This document shows positions 48,583-57,697 of a stretch of DNA of 64,000 nucleotides, in pieces. Both the position numbers and the translations under genes were made by a program. The notes under the pieces were generated by a model that ran no database searches, was not told the origin of the DNA, and saw nothing but the letters and a program-made list of their open reading frames with translations. Every line of letters begins with the position of its first letter. Position 1 is the first letter of the stretch. Origin of the DNA: Escherichia phage Lindwurm; sequence record NC_134264.1; one strand, given 5' to 3'.

Positions 48583-49378
48583 AAGGTCTACCCTCTAAAT
48601 GAGCTTCTACACGAGCAATAAAATCAGGATCACTGAAAGCATCTACCGCACCTTTACTCCAGTAAGGGATACCGCGTTCTTCCAGCTGGTACATCTCACT
48701 ACGAGTCATACCTTGATAGCTCGGTTCCGCCGCTAGGGCACTATCATAGTAGTTAACAACCATTAGCTTGGCAGCAGTCAAATTAAGAACAGGAAATAAT
48801 TCCCAGTAGAAGTTAATTACTTGGTTAGAGCAACCAACCACAACGATCATATCTTGACTGGTAATACCATCAAAAACATTGTACATTTCTGCGTACGCTG
48901 GAGCATGCTCCCCAAAAAAGATTACATTAGGTTTAACCCATTTATAATCGTCTGGATCAATAGAATTGTACCCTACATCAATAATCCGTTTATTGCTACT
49001 ATTGTAGCTATCAGCTACAACAACCTCTTTTAAATATCCGTGAATGTGCAGAATGTCACTATGTGGAACGCCAGCACGCTCAATAAGGTCATCAACGTTG
49101 GTAGTCAAGTTTACTACTTGGCCTGGATATTGTTTATACCATTCACCAATACGCAAATGCGCAAGATTGGGTTCAACAGTTTTTAGCTCTTCACGACGCT
49201 TGTTGTAAAACATATGGGTTTTATGATAAAAATTACCACGAAAGGCATGAATATTACATACCTCTTCTAGATCATAATCATCCCACAATGCTTTACCGCT
49301 AGCAGTATCAGTACGAAAAGCTCGTACACCACTTTCAACACTCAAACCTGCACCACTAATAATAATTAATCTACGCAT
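48563..49378 (-). CDS. Sir2-like (sirtuin family) protein lacking the zinc-ribbon module
   Basis: GAGLSVESGVRAFR, TTNVDDL, HIHG, PNVIFFGE, VVVGCS motifs; no CxxC pairs. Confidence 0.75.
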   Translation of the reverse strand: MRRLIIISGAGLSVESGVRAFRTDTASGKALWDDYDLEEVCNIHAFRGNFYHKTHMFYNKRREELKTVEPNLAHLRIGEWYKQYPGQVVNLTTNVDDLIERAGVPHSDILHIHGYLKEVVVADSYNSSNKRIIDVGYNSIDPDDYKWVKPNVIFFGEHAPAYAEMYNVFDGITSQDMIVVVGCSNQVINFYWELFPVLNLTAAKLMVVNYYDSALAAEPSYQGMTRSEMYQLEERGIPYWSKGAVDAFSDPDFIARVEAHLEGRPYVSGNK

Positions 49379-49592
49379 TTTTCACCTGTTCTCTGAAGTT
49401 TTGCCCAATACTGTCTAATAGCTCAGCTAATTCTTTATTGCCTTTCTCCATTAAGGTATTAGCAATAACTTCTAGCATAGTAGCACAGGATTCAACACCA
49501 TCCTTATAGCCAGTTTCCCACTGCTGCATTAATGCGTTTTCCAAAGCGTCGTTTAAACCCTTATCTGGTAGCATCGGCTTCGAGAATGCCAT
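49371..49592 (-). CDS. hypothetical protein (73 aa)
   Basis: Translationally coupled ORF in Sir2 operon. Confidence 0.4.
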   Translation of the reverse strand: MAFSKPMLPDKGLNDALENALMQQWETGYKDGVESCATMLEVIANTLMEKGNKELAELLDSIGQNFREQVKNA

Positions 49593-49785
49593 AAAGTTTC
49601 TCCTCTAGTTCCATAACACGATTTTCATAAGAGGCACGCAACTTTTCAATTGCCAGCGCACGCACTGTAACCTCATTAGAATTAATAGCTAATTGGGCCA
49701 GATCTTCTGTTTCCATACGTCCGTTGTAAATTAAGCGATATTTAAGGTGTTTCACATTCTTAGTCATTATTAAACTCCACTGCAA
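49561..49785 (-). CDS. hypothetical protein (74 aa)
   Basis: Translationally coupled ORF in Sir2 operon. Confidence 0.4.
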   Translation of the reverse strand: MQWSLIMTKNVKHLKYRLIYNGRMETEDLAQLAINSNEVTVRALAIEKLRASYENRVMELEEKLYGILEADATR

Positions 49786-50140
49786 CTGTTTCTAGGTCTT
49801 CATCAGAAAAATTAGAGTATACATCTTTAAGGTATTGTTTAATGTCTTCAGTAATATCTTCGTATCCCTCAGGAATACGTTGGTATACTTTTAGTACTCT
49901 ATTATAAACAAATTCAATATCATACTTTATTTCACCCTCATCCTCGTCAAACAAGCAATCTGAGTTATACGGTGATACATCTAGATTTGTTTCTACCCAA
50001 TCACCAATAATTGATGGATATCCAATACCCTCTAGATGGGAATAATCTCCAGTAGATGCAAAAATAGCTTCTCTAAGATCGTCTACGCCAAGATGGAAAC
50101 CACCACATGTAGACTCAACTATATAGGGCTTTAATTCCAT
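49760..50140 (-). CDS. hypothetical strongly acidic protein (126 aa), first gene of Sir2 operon
   Basis: Directly downstream of promoter 50169..50197 with GAGGAG RBS; D/E-rich. Confidence 0.55.
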   Translation of the reverse strand: MELKPYIVESTCGGFHLGVDDLREAIFASTGDYSHLEGIGYPSIIGDWVETNLDVSPYNSDCLFDEDEGEIKYDIEFVYNRVLKVYQRIPEGYEDITEDIKQYLKDVYSNFSDEDLETVAVEFNND

Positions 50141-50168
50141 ACCTTTCTCCTCTCAAATTTATAAATCT

Positions 50169-50197
50169 ATTATATATAAATTTTTGGCTGAAAGCAA
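50169..50197 (-). promoter_or_regulatory. sigma70-like promoter of Sir2-like operon (TTGCTT-17-TATAAT)
   Basis: Read on - strand; leader TTTATAAATTTGAGAGGAG then ATG 50140. Confidence 0.7.
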
Positions 50198-50239
50198 ATA
50201 AAATAAAAGCCAGGTCGACTAGCAACCCGGCTGATTAGC

Positions 50240-52114
50240 TTATTTAGCTCGAATATCCTGATGTTTCACTCTGCCCATCACCTCGTGCTGTTTACCGGGG
50301 TTAAATGGACGAGCACCCGGATTTCCAAGATACCCACAAACTCGACGAGTTACTTCAAGAGTTTCGGGGTCATGATTACCACAGATAGGGCACTTAAATC
50401 CATCTTCGGATGCTATTGTTTCACCTAAGAATCCACATTTACCACAAGAATCCACCGGAGTATTAATACCGAAGTAATGAACCTTACTAGCAGCATAATT
50501 AATAACCCATTCCAATGCATCTGGGAATCGTTTCATATCCGGTAATTCTACATAGGAAATACACCCACCAGAAGCAATCGGAGTAAAGTTAGATTCATAA
50601 TCAAATTTGACGTTAGGAGCAACTTTACGTTCCACATCAAGGTGGTGAGAGTTAGTGTAGTATCCTTTGGACAGAATATCTTCATGCTCCGGGAAATATT
50701 CACGGTCTAGACGACAAAAACGGTCACATAGGGATTCTGATGGTGTAGCATACAGGCTATAACCTAACTTAGTCTCTTCCTTCTTTTGATCGACCCTATC
50801 TCGCATGTACTGCAATACACGCTGAACAAACTTGATGCAGGTCTCGGACATTGTATCTACATCTTTGCCAAACATGAACTGTAGCATTTCATGGCAACCA
50901 ATATACCCTAGAGATACAGAAGCACGGTTATAGAAATGATCGAATACATATTCATCAGGCCCCAAGCGTAACCCAAAGGCTCCTGACATATAGAGGATGG
51001 GTGCAGCTTTAGCTTGAATGTATTTTAAGCGATCAACTCTCCACTCCAACGCTTTTAATGCTGTATCCACACGTAGCTCAAGCAAATCAAAGAATAGGTC
51101 AATATTTCCCTCAGCTTCGATAGCAATTCTAGGCAAGTTTACAGAAACAACACCTAAGTTATTACGACCGGCAGTTTCACCATCTTCTGTAGCAGCTAGG
51201 AATGAACGACAGCCCATAGAAACTTTATAGTCTCCAGTAACTTCTACAACCTTGTCATAACTGATATAATCTGGATACATACGTTCAGCAGTACATTTCA
51301 TAGCTAATTTCTTGATGTCATAATTAACATCTCCTGGTTTCATATTTACGCCATCACGAAGTACAAATACCAGTTTCGGGAAGATAGCTGTACGTTTATT
51401 GATACCTAAACCATCCATGCGTACTTTCAGTATTGCCCTCTGTACTAGACGTGCTTCCCAAGAAGTTCCTAGACCAAAACCAAAGGTAATAAATGGACTC
51501 TGACCATTAGAGTTGAACATGGTATTGATTTCATATTCTAAACCCTGACAAGCGTCATAGACTTCTTTTTCAGTCATCTCCGTAGCCATTACGGATGCTT
51601 TGGCTTCATCCTTAGTCCAACGTTTTGCAAACGCATGATTTTTATCATAGGATTTACGAACATAAGGGGCTAATACTTCATCAAGGCGATCTACAGAAGT
51701 ACCACCATACTGATGGGAGCTAACCTGAGTGATAATCTGAGCAGTAATAGCCGCCGCAGTAGTAATAGAGTTTGGAGTGCTAATTTCAGCATTACCAACC
51801 TTCATACCATTCTTCAACATATCTTCCAGAGCTACCAGACAACAGTTAGTCATGCCTAATGCAGCATAATCAGCATCATGGAAATGAATATCCCCAATCA
51901 TATGAGCATTTCGAATCTGAATTGGCATTTCTTCTAGAATCAGATACTTACTCAATTCACCTGCAAGCATATCCCTTTGTGTAGGGAAACGTTCTGAGGG
52001 TTTATTGGCATTATTAAATAGCAGCTCTTCATCTGCTGACCCTTCGATAATCTCTTTGCAGTTTCTAATTAACGCCTGCATTTCTTTATATTTTAGTTCT
52101 TCGTTACGATTCAT
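50240..52114 (-). CDS. nrdD: anaerobic ribonucleoside-triphosphate reductase
   Basis: C-terminal glycyl-radical motif RRVCGYLG; Cys-rich C-terminal Zn site; perfect consensus promoter upstream. Confidence 0.9.
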   Translation of the reverse strand: MNRNEELKYKEMQALIRNCKEIIEGSADEELLFNNANKPSERFPTQRDMLAGELSKYLILEEMPIQIRNAHMIGDIHFHDADYAALGMTNCCLVALEDMLKNGMKVGNAEISTPNSITTAAAITAQIITQVSSHQYGGTSVDRLDEVLAPYVRKSYDKNHAFAKRWTKDEAKASVMATEMTEKEVYDACQGLEYEINTMFNSNGQSPFITFGFGLGTSWEARLVQRAILKVRMDGLGINKRTAIFPKLVFVLRDGVNMKPGDVNYDIKKLAMKCTAERMYPDYISYDKVVEVTGDYKVSMGCRSFLAATEDGETAGRNNLGVVSVNLPRIAIEAEGNIDLFFDLLELRVDTALKALEWRVDRLKYIQAKAAPILYMSGAFGLRLGPDEYVFDHFYNRASVSLGYIGCHEMLQFMFGKDVDTMSETCIKFVQRVLQYMRDRVDQKKEETKLGYSLYATPSESLCDRFCRLDREYFPEHEDILSKGYYTNSHHLDVERKVAPNVKFDYESNFTPIASGGCISYVELPDMKRFPDALEWVINYAASKVHYFGINTPVDSCGKCGFLGETIASEDGFKCPICGNHDPETLEVTRRVCGYLGNPGARPFNPGKQHEVMGRVKHQDIRAK

Positions 52115-52143
52115 TACACCCTCCTTCTCTAACTAAGACTACT

Positions 52144-52172
52144 ATTATAACTCATTCGAGGGCGGATGTCAA
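52144..52172 (-). promoter_or_regulatory. perfect consensus sigma70 promoter for nrdD (TTGACA-17-TATAAT)
   Basis: Read on - strand; AGGAG RBS before ATG 52114. Confidence 0.8.
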
Positions 52173-52223
52173 CAATATTTTACTATAAAGTTCTGTAACA
52201 TGATCTGAGTCAAAAAATTTTAT

Positions 52224-52252
52224 TTGCCAACCTCTATTAAAAATTGTATAAT
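52224..52252 (+). promoter_or_regulatory. sigma70-like promoter (TTGCCA-17-TATAAT)
   Basis: Divergent intergenic region between nrdD and phoH. Confidence 0.6.
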
Positions 52253-52364
52253 CACGCACTCGTGTATGCGATATAAAATGATTATCTAGTATCACACATC
52301 TCCCGTTAAAAGCAAGCAAATTTTTTATTTAAATGCAATATCATAGGCTTATTTAAAATTGTAG

Positions 52365-52393
52365 TTGCTTTTTACTGTATATATTGGTATAAT
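52365..52393 (+). promoter_or_regulatory. sigma70-like promoter upstream of phoH (TTGCTT-17-TATAAT)
   Basis: Followed by TTGATAAACAAG leader and AGGAG RBS. Confidence 0.7.
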
Positions 52394-52466
52394 ATATTTG
52401 TAAGTTGATAAACAAGATCTTTTTGTTGATCCTCTGTTAGCGAAGTACACTATAGGAGTGTTATTT

Positions 52467-53219
52467 ATGGGAAAAGCACGTCAAAAAAGAGAGAACCGCA
52501 ATGGTTCAAGAAAGTGTGGCAACAAATATGAGAATAACGTAATTCAGGCTGATTTTTCTAATGATTACGCTAACCCAGTTGCTAAATCCCTAGTAGGTAA
52601 AAACCGCGAGCAAAAATCATATATCAATATGATCAAGAACAACACAGTGACTGTGGGTATCGGTGAGCCAGGTACTGGTAAAACCTTTATTCCGTCCGTT
52701 CTTGCAGCTCAGGAACTCGTAGACATTCACTCAGATATTGAGCAAGTGATCCTCGTACGTCCTAATGAACCTCTAGGTAAGTCTCTTGGTATGCTTCCTG
52801 GTGATCTAGCGGAAAAGCTAGAGCCTTGGTTGGAGCCAATAGCTGATGGTATGAAATGGGCCATCGGCGATCATGCATATAAGGGATATGTCGAACGTCA
52901 GAAAATTAAATTTTTGGCTATCGAACATGCTCGTGGCAGAACTTTCAACAACTCCTATGTAATTGTCGATGAAGCTCAGAATATTTCCGTTGAGGCAATG
53001 ATTTGTCTCCTAACTCGTGTAGGACAAGACTGCCGTTTAATTATCTGCGGAGATATAGCTCAGAAAGACATTAAAGGTGACTCAGGTCTAGCACTCCTTA
53101 TGGAAGTCTATGAGAAATACGAAAATGCCCCATTCTCAATGATCGAATTGATTGATAACGTTCGTTCTGTTGAGTCTAAAGCATTCTATGATATTTTTAA
53201 AGACATGGGGAAGGTGTAA
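52467..53219 (+). CDS. phoH: PhoH-like ATPase
   Basis: Walker A GEPGTGKT, Walker B VIVDEAQN; ATG 52467 after AGGAG. Confidence 0.85.
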   Translation: MGKARQKRENRNGSRKCGNKYENNVIQADFSNDYANPVAKSLVGKNREQKSYINMIKNNTVTVGIGEPGTGKTFIPSVLAAQELVDIHSDIEQVILVRPNEPLGKSLGMLPGDLAEKLEPWLEPIADGMKWAIGDHAYKGYVERQKIKFLAIEHARGRTFNNSYVIVDEAQNISVEAMICLLTRVGQDCRLIICGDIAQKDIKGDSGLALLMEVYEKYENAPFSMIELIDNVRSVESKAFYDIFKDMGKV

Positions 53220-53220
53220 T

Positions 53221-53442
53221 ATGGGAAACGTCGTTCATCTGAGCCGTAAAACTAAAATACATCGTACTTCACTGAGTGCTGCTAATATGATTACACGTAA
53301 GGAAGGGGAAGAAAGTCCTAAGACAACCCTAGCGTGGAAAATTGTAACCTCAAATCCAAATAAACCATTCAATTATAACGAGCTGAGCACCTCCATAGAT
53401 ATTCTATTAAAAGAAGTAGCTAGAGCTAAAGTAATTGAATAA
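53221..53442 (+). CDS. hypothetical small protein (73 aa)
   Basis: ATG at 53221 right after phoH stop. Confidence 0.4.
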   Translation: MGNVVHLSRKTKIHRTSLSAANMITRKEGEESPKTTLAWKIVTSNPNKPFNYNELSTSIDILLKEVARAKVIE

Positions 53443-53584
53443 GCTAAAAAGCTAGACTGGTAGTATACAGGGCCTGAGTATGAAAATACTCGGGCCTTTT
53501 CTATCAGAAAATTTTATTTGCCTAATGACCGATAATAAAGTAGAATATTCCTTAAATCCTGATAACTATAAAAAGGAAAGCCAA

Positions 53585-55915
53585 ATGAGCCATCGCATTG
53601 AAAAAGTAATTAAACGTGACGGTACTGTAGAAGACTTTGCTCCTGAAAAACTCAATGGTTGGGCAGAGTATGGTTGCAAAACAGTTGATGTAAGTTGGTC
53701 AGCCATTACTATGGCTGCTCAAAAAACTCTGCCTAAAGGGGTTGTAGATTCCGACACTCTGATGGATGCATTAATTAAAGCTGCTGAAAGTCTTATCAAA
53801 GATAACCCAGCATACGATGTACCAGCAAAGGAATTACGTCTTGCGCAAATGCGTAAACGCCTTTATGACTCTTTCGAACCACCTTCTCTACGCTTCTTCC
53901 ATGACCATATGGTTAGCGTAGGTGCATGGGAAGACATGAGTGCATGGATTACAGATGAGCAATTTGAAGCTCTGAATCAGGTTATCGACCATGATCGTGA
54001 CCGTCTTTTTACTAGTGGTGGACTGAAGCAGTTCTTTGATAAGTATTCCCGTCGTAACATAGCCACTGGTGAAATTTACGAAACTCCGCAGTTTGCCTAC
54101 ATGGGTATGGCAATGGCGATGCTATCTCAACCTAACTGGACAATTCTAGATGCAATCGATCTCTACAACGCAATGTCACTCCACAAAATCAACGTTCCTA
54201 CGCCGCCACTGGTTGGTCTGCGCTCTAGTGACCGTGGATTTGCTAGTTGCTGCCTCGTGGATTCCACTGACACGTTGGATTCAATCGACACCGCCGAGCA
54301 CATCGTCTTCAAAATGGTCGCAGCCAGAGCGGGAATCGGGTATCATCTTGAAAGCCGATCAATTGCTGATCCGGTGCGAAATGGGGCATTCCCGCATTCC
54401 GGAAAACTGCCATATTATCGACACATTGACCGCTCAGTAAAGGCCAATACTCAGCAAACTCGTGGTGGTTCTGCTACAGTGTCTTATCCATACTTCGACC
54501 CTGAAATCATTCAATTGATGCAGGTTAAGCAACAACGTGCTACAGATGAGAATAAAATCGATAAGATGGATTATTCTCTGAGCTTTAACAATCTTTTGTT
54601 AAAACGTTATCTTAAAAACGAAGATATTACGCTAATGTCATACTTCTATGCTCCAGAAGTTCATGAAGCGTTTTATAGTGATGACGAGGCTAAATTTGAA
54701 GAAATCTACGTGGCAGCGGAGAAACGTGTGGCATCTCTTACAAAGATCGACCACGAAGGAAGAACAGTTCCTGCAGCTCCTAAAGTCTCTGCAAAAGAAA
54801 TCCTAGATACTTGGCTACGTATCCGAATGGAAACAGGACGTATGTATGCTCATCACATCGGGGAATCTAACCGTCACGGTAACTTCCTTGATCCGATCCG
54901 TATGACAAACCTTTGTGTTGAAATTACTCAGCCTACACGCCCGTTCCATCATATCACGGAACTGTATAAGACAAAAGAGCAGCTTGATCAAATGAAGCCG
55001 GAGGATATCGGTGAAGTATCTCTGTGTAACTTAGGTGGTGTTGTACTTGGACGCATGGAATCTCTGGCTGAGTGGGAAAAAACTTGCTACATCCTTCTGA
55101 AATTCGTTGATACAATTATTGAAATTCAGGATTATCCATTCCCAACTATGGAGTATACGGCTAAGAAACGTCGTAATGTTGGTATTGGCCTGATGAACGC
55201 AGCAGGTGCAATGGCAGCAGAAGGTCTGGCTTACGAAGGTATTGAAGCTCGTAACTGGATCCACCGTGAGGCTGAAAAACTGTCTTACTTCCTGCATAAA
55301 GCCTCTGTACGCCTAGCTAAAGAACAGGGCGCATGTGAGTGGTTTGATCGTACTAAACCGTCTAAAGGAATTCTGGTAATCGACACGTACAAGAAAACTG
55401 TTGATGAACTGGTATCCGTAGGTCTAGAAATGGATTGGGAGTCTCTGCGTGCAGATATTCTGAAATATGGTATGCGTAACTCTGTTCTGACTGCTCAGAT
55501 GCCAGGAGAAAGTTCTTCTGTTCTGTTAGGTGTTACTAACTCTATCGAACCACCTCGTAAGATTGTATCTATCAAGGGTAGTGCAGTAAATAAAGTAATT
55601 GCAATTGCTCCGGGTGCAACCGATTGGGAAACGTTAATGAGCTATAAACTGGCTTATGATGTAGATCGTATCGAGTGGATCAAGTGGGTAGCAACTATGC
55701 AGAAATTCTTCAGTCAGTCTATCAGTACGAATATGTATTATGACTACACCAAGTTTGAGAATGAAATCATTCCTGGCCCAGTAGTAGTTCGTGATTTCAT
55801 GACTGCTGTTAAGTATGGGTGGAAAACTTGGTATTATGCTAACTTCAATACCGCAAATGGTGGAGGTGCTGGAGAAGAAGCAGCCGGTTGTGCATCCGGT
55901 GGTTGTACTATTTAA
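53585..55915 (+). CDS. nrdA: ribonucleotide reductase class Ia large subunit
   Basis: ATP-cone N-terminus (IEKVIKRDGTVEDF), catalytic-site regions, C-terminal CASGGC; ATG 53585 after AAGGAAA. Confidence 0.9.
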   Translation: MSHRIEKVIKRDGTVEDFAPEKLNGWAEYGCKTVDVSWSAITMAAQKTLPKGVVDSDTLMDALIKAAESLIKDNPAYDVPAKELRLAQMRKRLYDSFEPPSLRFFHDHMVSVGAWEDMSAWITDEQFEALNQVIDHDRDRLFTSGGLKQFFDKYSRRNIATGEIYETPQFAYMGMAMAMLSQPNWTILDAIDLYNAMSLHKINVPTPPLVGLRSSDRGFASCCLVDSTDTLDSIDTAEHIVFKMVAARAGIGYHLESRSIADPVRNGAFPHSGKLPYYRHIDRSVKANTQQTRGGSATVSYPYFDPEIIQLMQVKQQRATDENKIDKMDYSLSFNNLLLKRYLKNEDITLMSYFYAPEVHEAFYSDDEAKFEEIYVAAEKRVASLTKIDHEGRTVPAAPKVSAKEILDTWLRIRMETGRMYAHHIGESNRHGNFLDPIRMTNLCVEITQPTRPFHHITELYKTKEQLDQMKPEDIGEVSLCNLGGVVLGRMESLAEWEKTCYILLKFVDTIIEIQDYPFPTMEYTAKKRRNVGIGLMNAAGAMAAEGLAYEGIEARNWIHREAEKLSYFLHKASVRLAKEQGACEWFDRTKPSKGILVIDTYKKTVDELVSVGLEMDWESLRADILKYGMRNSVLTAQMPGESSSVLLGVTNSIEPPRKIVSIKGSAVNKVIAIAPGATDWETLMSYKLAYDVDRIEWIKWVATMQKFFSQSISTNMYYDYTKFENEIIPGPVVVRDFMTAVKYGWKTWYYANFNTANGGGAGEEAAGCASGGCTI

Positions 55916-55924
55916 TAAAAACAA

Positions 55925-55951
55925 GGAGATCTTCGGGTCTCCTTTTTCTTT
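55925..55951 (+). terminator. rho-independent terminator after nrdA (UUCG loop)
   Basis: GGAGATC-TTCG-GGTCTCC then TTTTTCTTT. Confidence 0.8.
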
Positions 55952-55961
55952 GAAATTTTAC

Positions 55962-55990
55962 TTGCTAATCGCTACCAGATTTGCTATAAT
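55962..55990 (+). promoter_or_regulatory. sigma70-like promoter upstream of nrdB (TTGCTA-17-TATAAT)
   Basis: Direct read. Confidence 0.7.
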
Positions 55991-56021
55991 ATTCCTGAAA
56001 TAGTGAGAAAGAGGAAAATCA

Positions 56022-57167
56022 ATGACTACTTTACTAAACCTGAATTGGGATCATACTAACGCTGACCTTTTCCTGGGAGATTCTCTCGGTATCGCAGATT
56101 ATGTACGTGTAGCACATCCAGAACTAGAGCGTCTGGCACTTCTGCAACGCTCTCAATTTTGGACTGAAACTGAAATCAGTCTGGAAGCAGATAAGAAACA
56201 ATGGCCTAATCTCCCACGGGAAATTCAGGAAATTACACTCCTGAACTTAGCCTGGCAGACTCAAACAGATTCCTTTATCAGTCGTGCTCCTGAAGCAGCT
56301 ATTATGCCGCTTGTAAGTCGTCCAGAATTGGAAGGTATGCTCAAGCAGTGGAGCTACTTCGAAGATCTGCATAGTCGTGCTTATAGCAATATTATTCGTA
56401 ATGTGCTAACTGATCCAGCAGAATTTATTGATTCTGTAACCAAAAACCAAGAAGCATTCGCACGCATCGCTGATTCTGTTGAACTATTCGATGAACTGTA
56501 CCAGTTAGGTCAGTATTTCATCGCAGTACGCGATCATCGTGGCGACAATACATATCCAGAAACTGAGTTCCCTGAAGTTAAACGTGAAACTCAGGCTAAG
56601 CTATTAGATGCTTACTTTGCGATCTACGGTCTGGAAGCAATGCAGTTTTACGCATCCTTTGCATGTACCTTTGCACTAGCAGAGAACGATATTCTGCAAG
56701 GTATTGCTAAAAATCTGCAATTAATCGCTAAAGATGAAGCTCTGCACACTCAGATGTCCAAAGCAATCATCCAGATTATGTTCCAGCAGTTTGACAAAGA
56801 TCTGGTGGATGAAGCAGTGGCTAAAGCACCAGCACAGCTCCTGAAAACTCTGAAAACTGAAATTGAATGGGGTCATTTCATTTTCAAAGGTCGTAGTCTG
56901 ATTGGCTTGAATGCAGAACTTCTAGAAGAATATCTGTACTTTGTGGGGCGTAATGCGTTTATGCACATTGGTGTAGAATGGCCTAGTCATTTACCAGTAA
57001 TCACCAAAAACCCTATTCCGTGGATCATGAACTGGTTGGATACCACTTCTTTACAGCCTGCTCCACAAGAAATCCAGATTGGTGCAGCCTACCGTGTAGG
57101 TCAGGTAACTGAGACCTCTACGGATACTCTAAAAGATCTGGGCAATGAATTTGGAGATTTCTTATGA
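56022..57167 (+). CDS. nrdB: ribonucleotide reductase class Ia small subunit
   Basis: Di-iron ligand motifs (DEALH, FACTFALAE), position after nrdA. Confidence 0.9.
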   Translation: MTTLLNLNWDHTNADLFLGDSLGIADYVRVAHPELERLALLQRSQFWTETEISLEADKKQWPNLPREIQEITLLNLAWQTQTDSFISRAPEAAIMPLVSRPELEGMLKQWSYFEDLHSRAYSNIIRNVLTDPAEFIDSVTKNQEAFARIADSVELFDELYQLGQYFIAVRDHRGDNTYPETEFPEVKRETQAKLLDAYFAIYGLEAMQFYASFACTFALAENDILQGIAKNLQLIAKDEALHTQMSKAIIQIMFQQFDKDLVDEAVAKAPAQLLKTLKTEIEWGHFIFKGRSLIGLNAELLEEYLYFVGRNAFMHIGVEWPSHLPVITKNPIPWIMNWLDTTSLQPAPQEIQIGAAYRVGQVTETSTDTLKDLGNEFGDFL

Positions 57168-57697
57168 TAACGGCATTATATGCAGTTGGGCCGAATGGGG
57201 AGTTCGGCCTCCGAGGTAAACTCCCCTGGGGTTCCTTCAGAGAAGAACTAGATGCTTTCTACTCTCAACTGGACGTGTTGAACCCAGATAACATCATCAT
57301 TGGTGCGGGTACTTATTTAGCACTTCCAGAAGTTGTTCGGCAACGTATGATTGGAGAATCTGACCTCTTTATTCGTGCGGATCGTCCTCTGCCTGATGAT
57401 ATTAAACATGGTATCTATACCCCAATTTCAAAGATTGGGGATACATTACCTACGTTCTTAAAAGATCAGCAGACAGTGGTTTTAGGTGGTGCAACATTAC
57501 TGTACGAAATGTATATTCATGGACATATTGAAAGTGCTTTTGTATCCACAATCTTTAGTACTCAAAAACTAGAGGCAGATGTATATCTGGATAATACGAT
57601 TCTAGATTACAACTATGAATCTACTCGTTTAGTTTACGCAACTGGCGCAAACAGTGATAACAGCCTGCGATTTGTACAGGAATTGGTTACTTATTAA
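57164..57697 (+). CDS. folA: dihydrofolate reductase
   Basis: GKLPW motif, GGATLLYEMY region; located immediately upstream of thyA. Confidence 0.8.
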   Translation: MITALYAVGPNGEFGLRGKLPWGSFREELDAFYSQLDVLNPDNIIIGAGTYLALPEVVRQRMIGESDLFIRADRPLPDDIKHGIYTPISKIGDTLPTFLKDQQTVVLGGATLLYEMYIHGHIESAFVSTIFSTQKLEADVYLDNTILDYNYESTRLVYATGANSDNSLRFVQELVTY

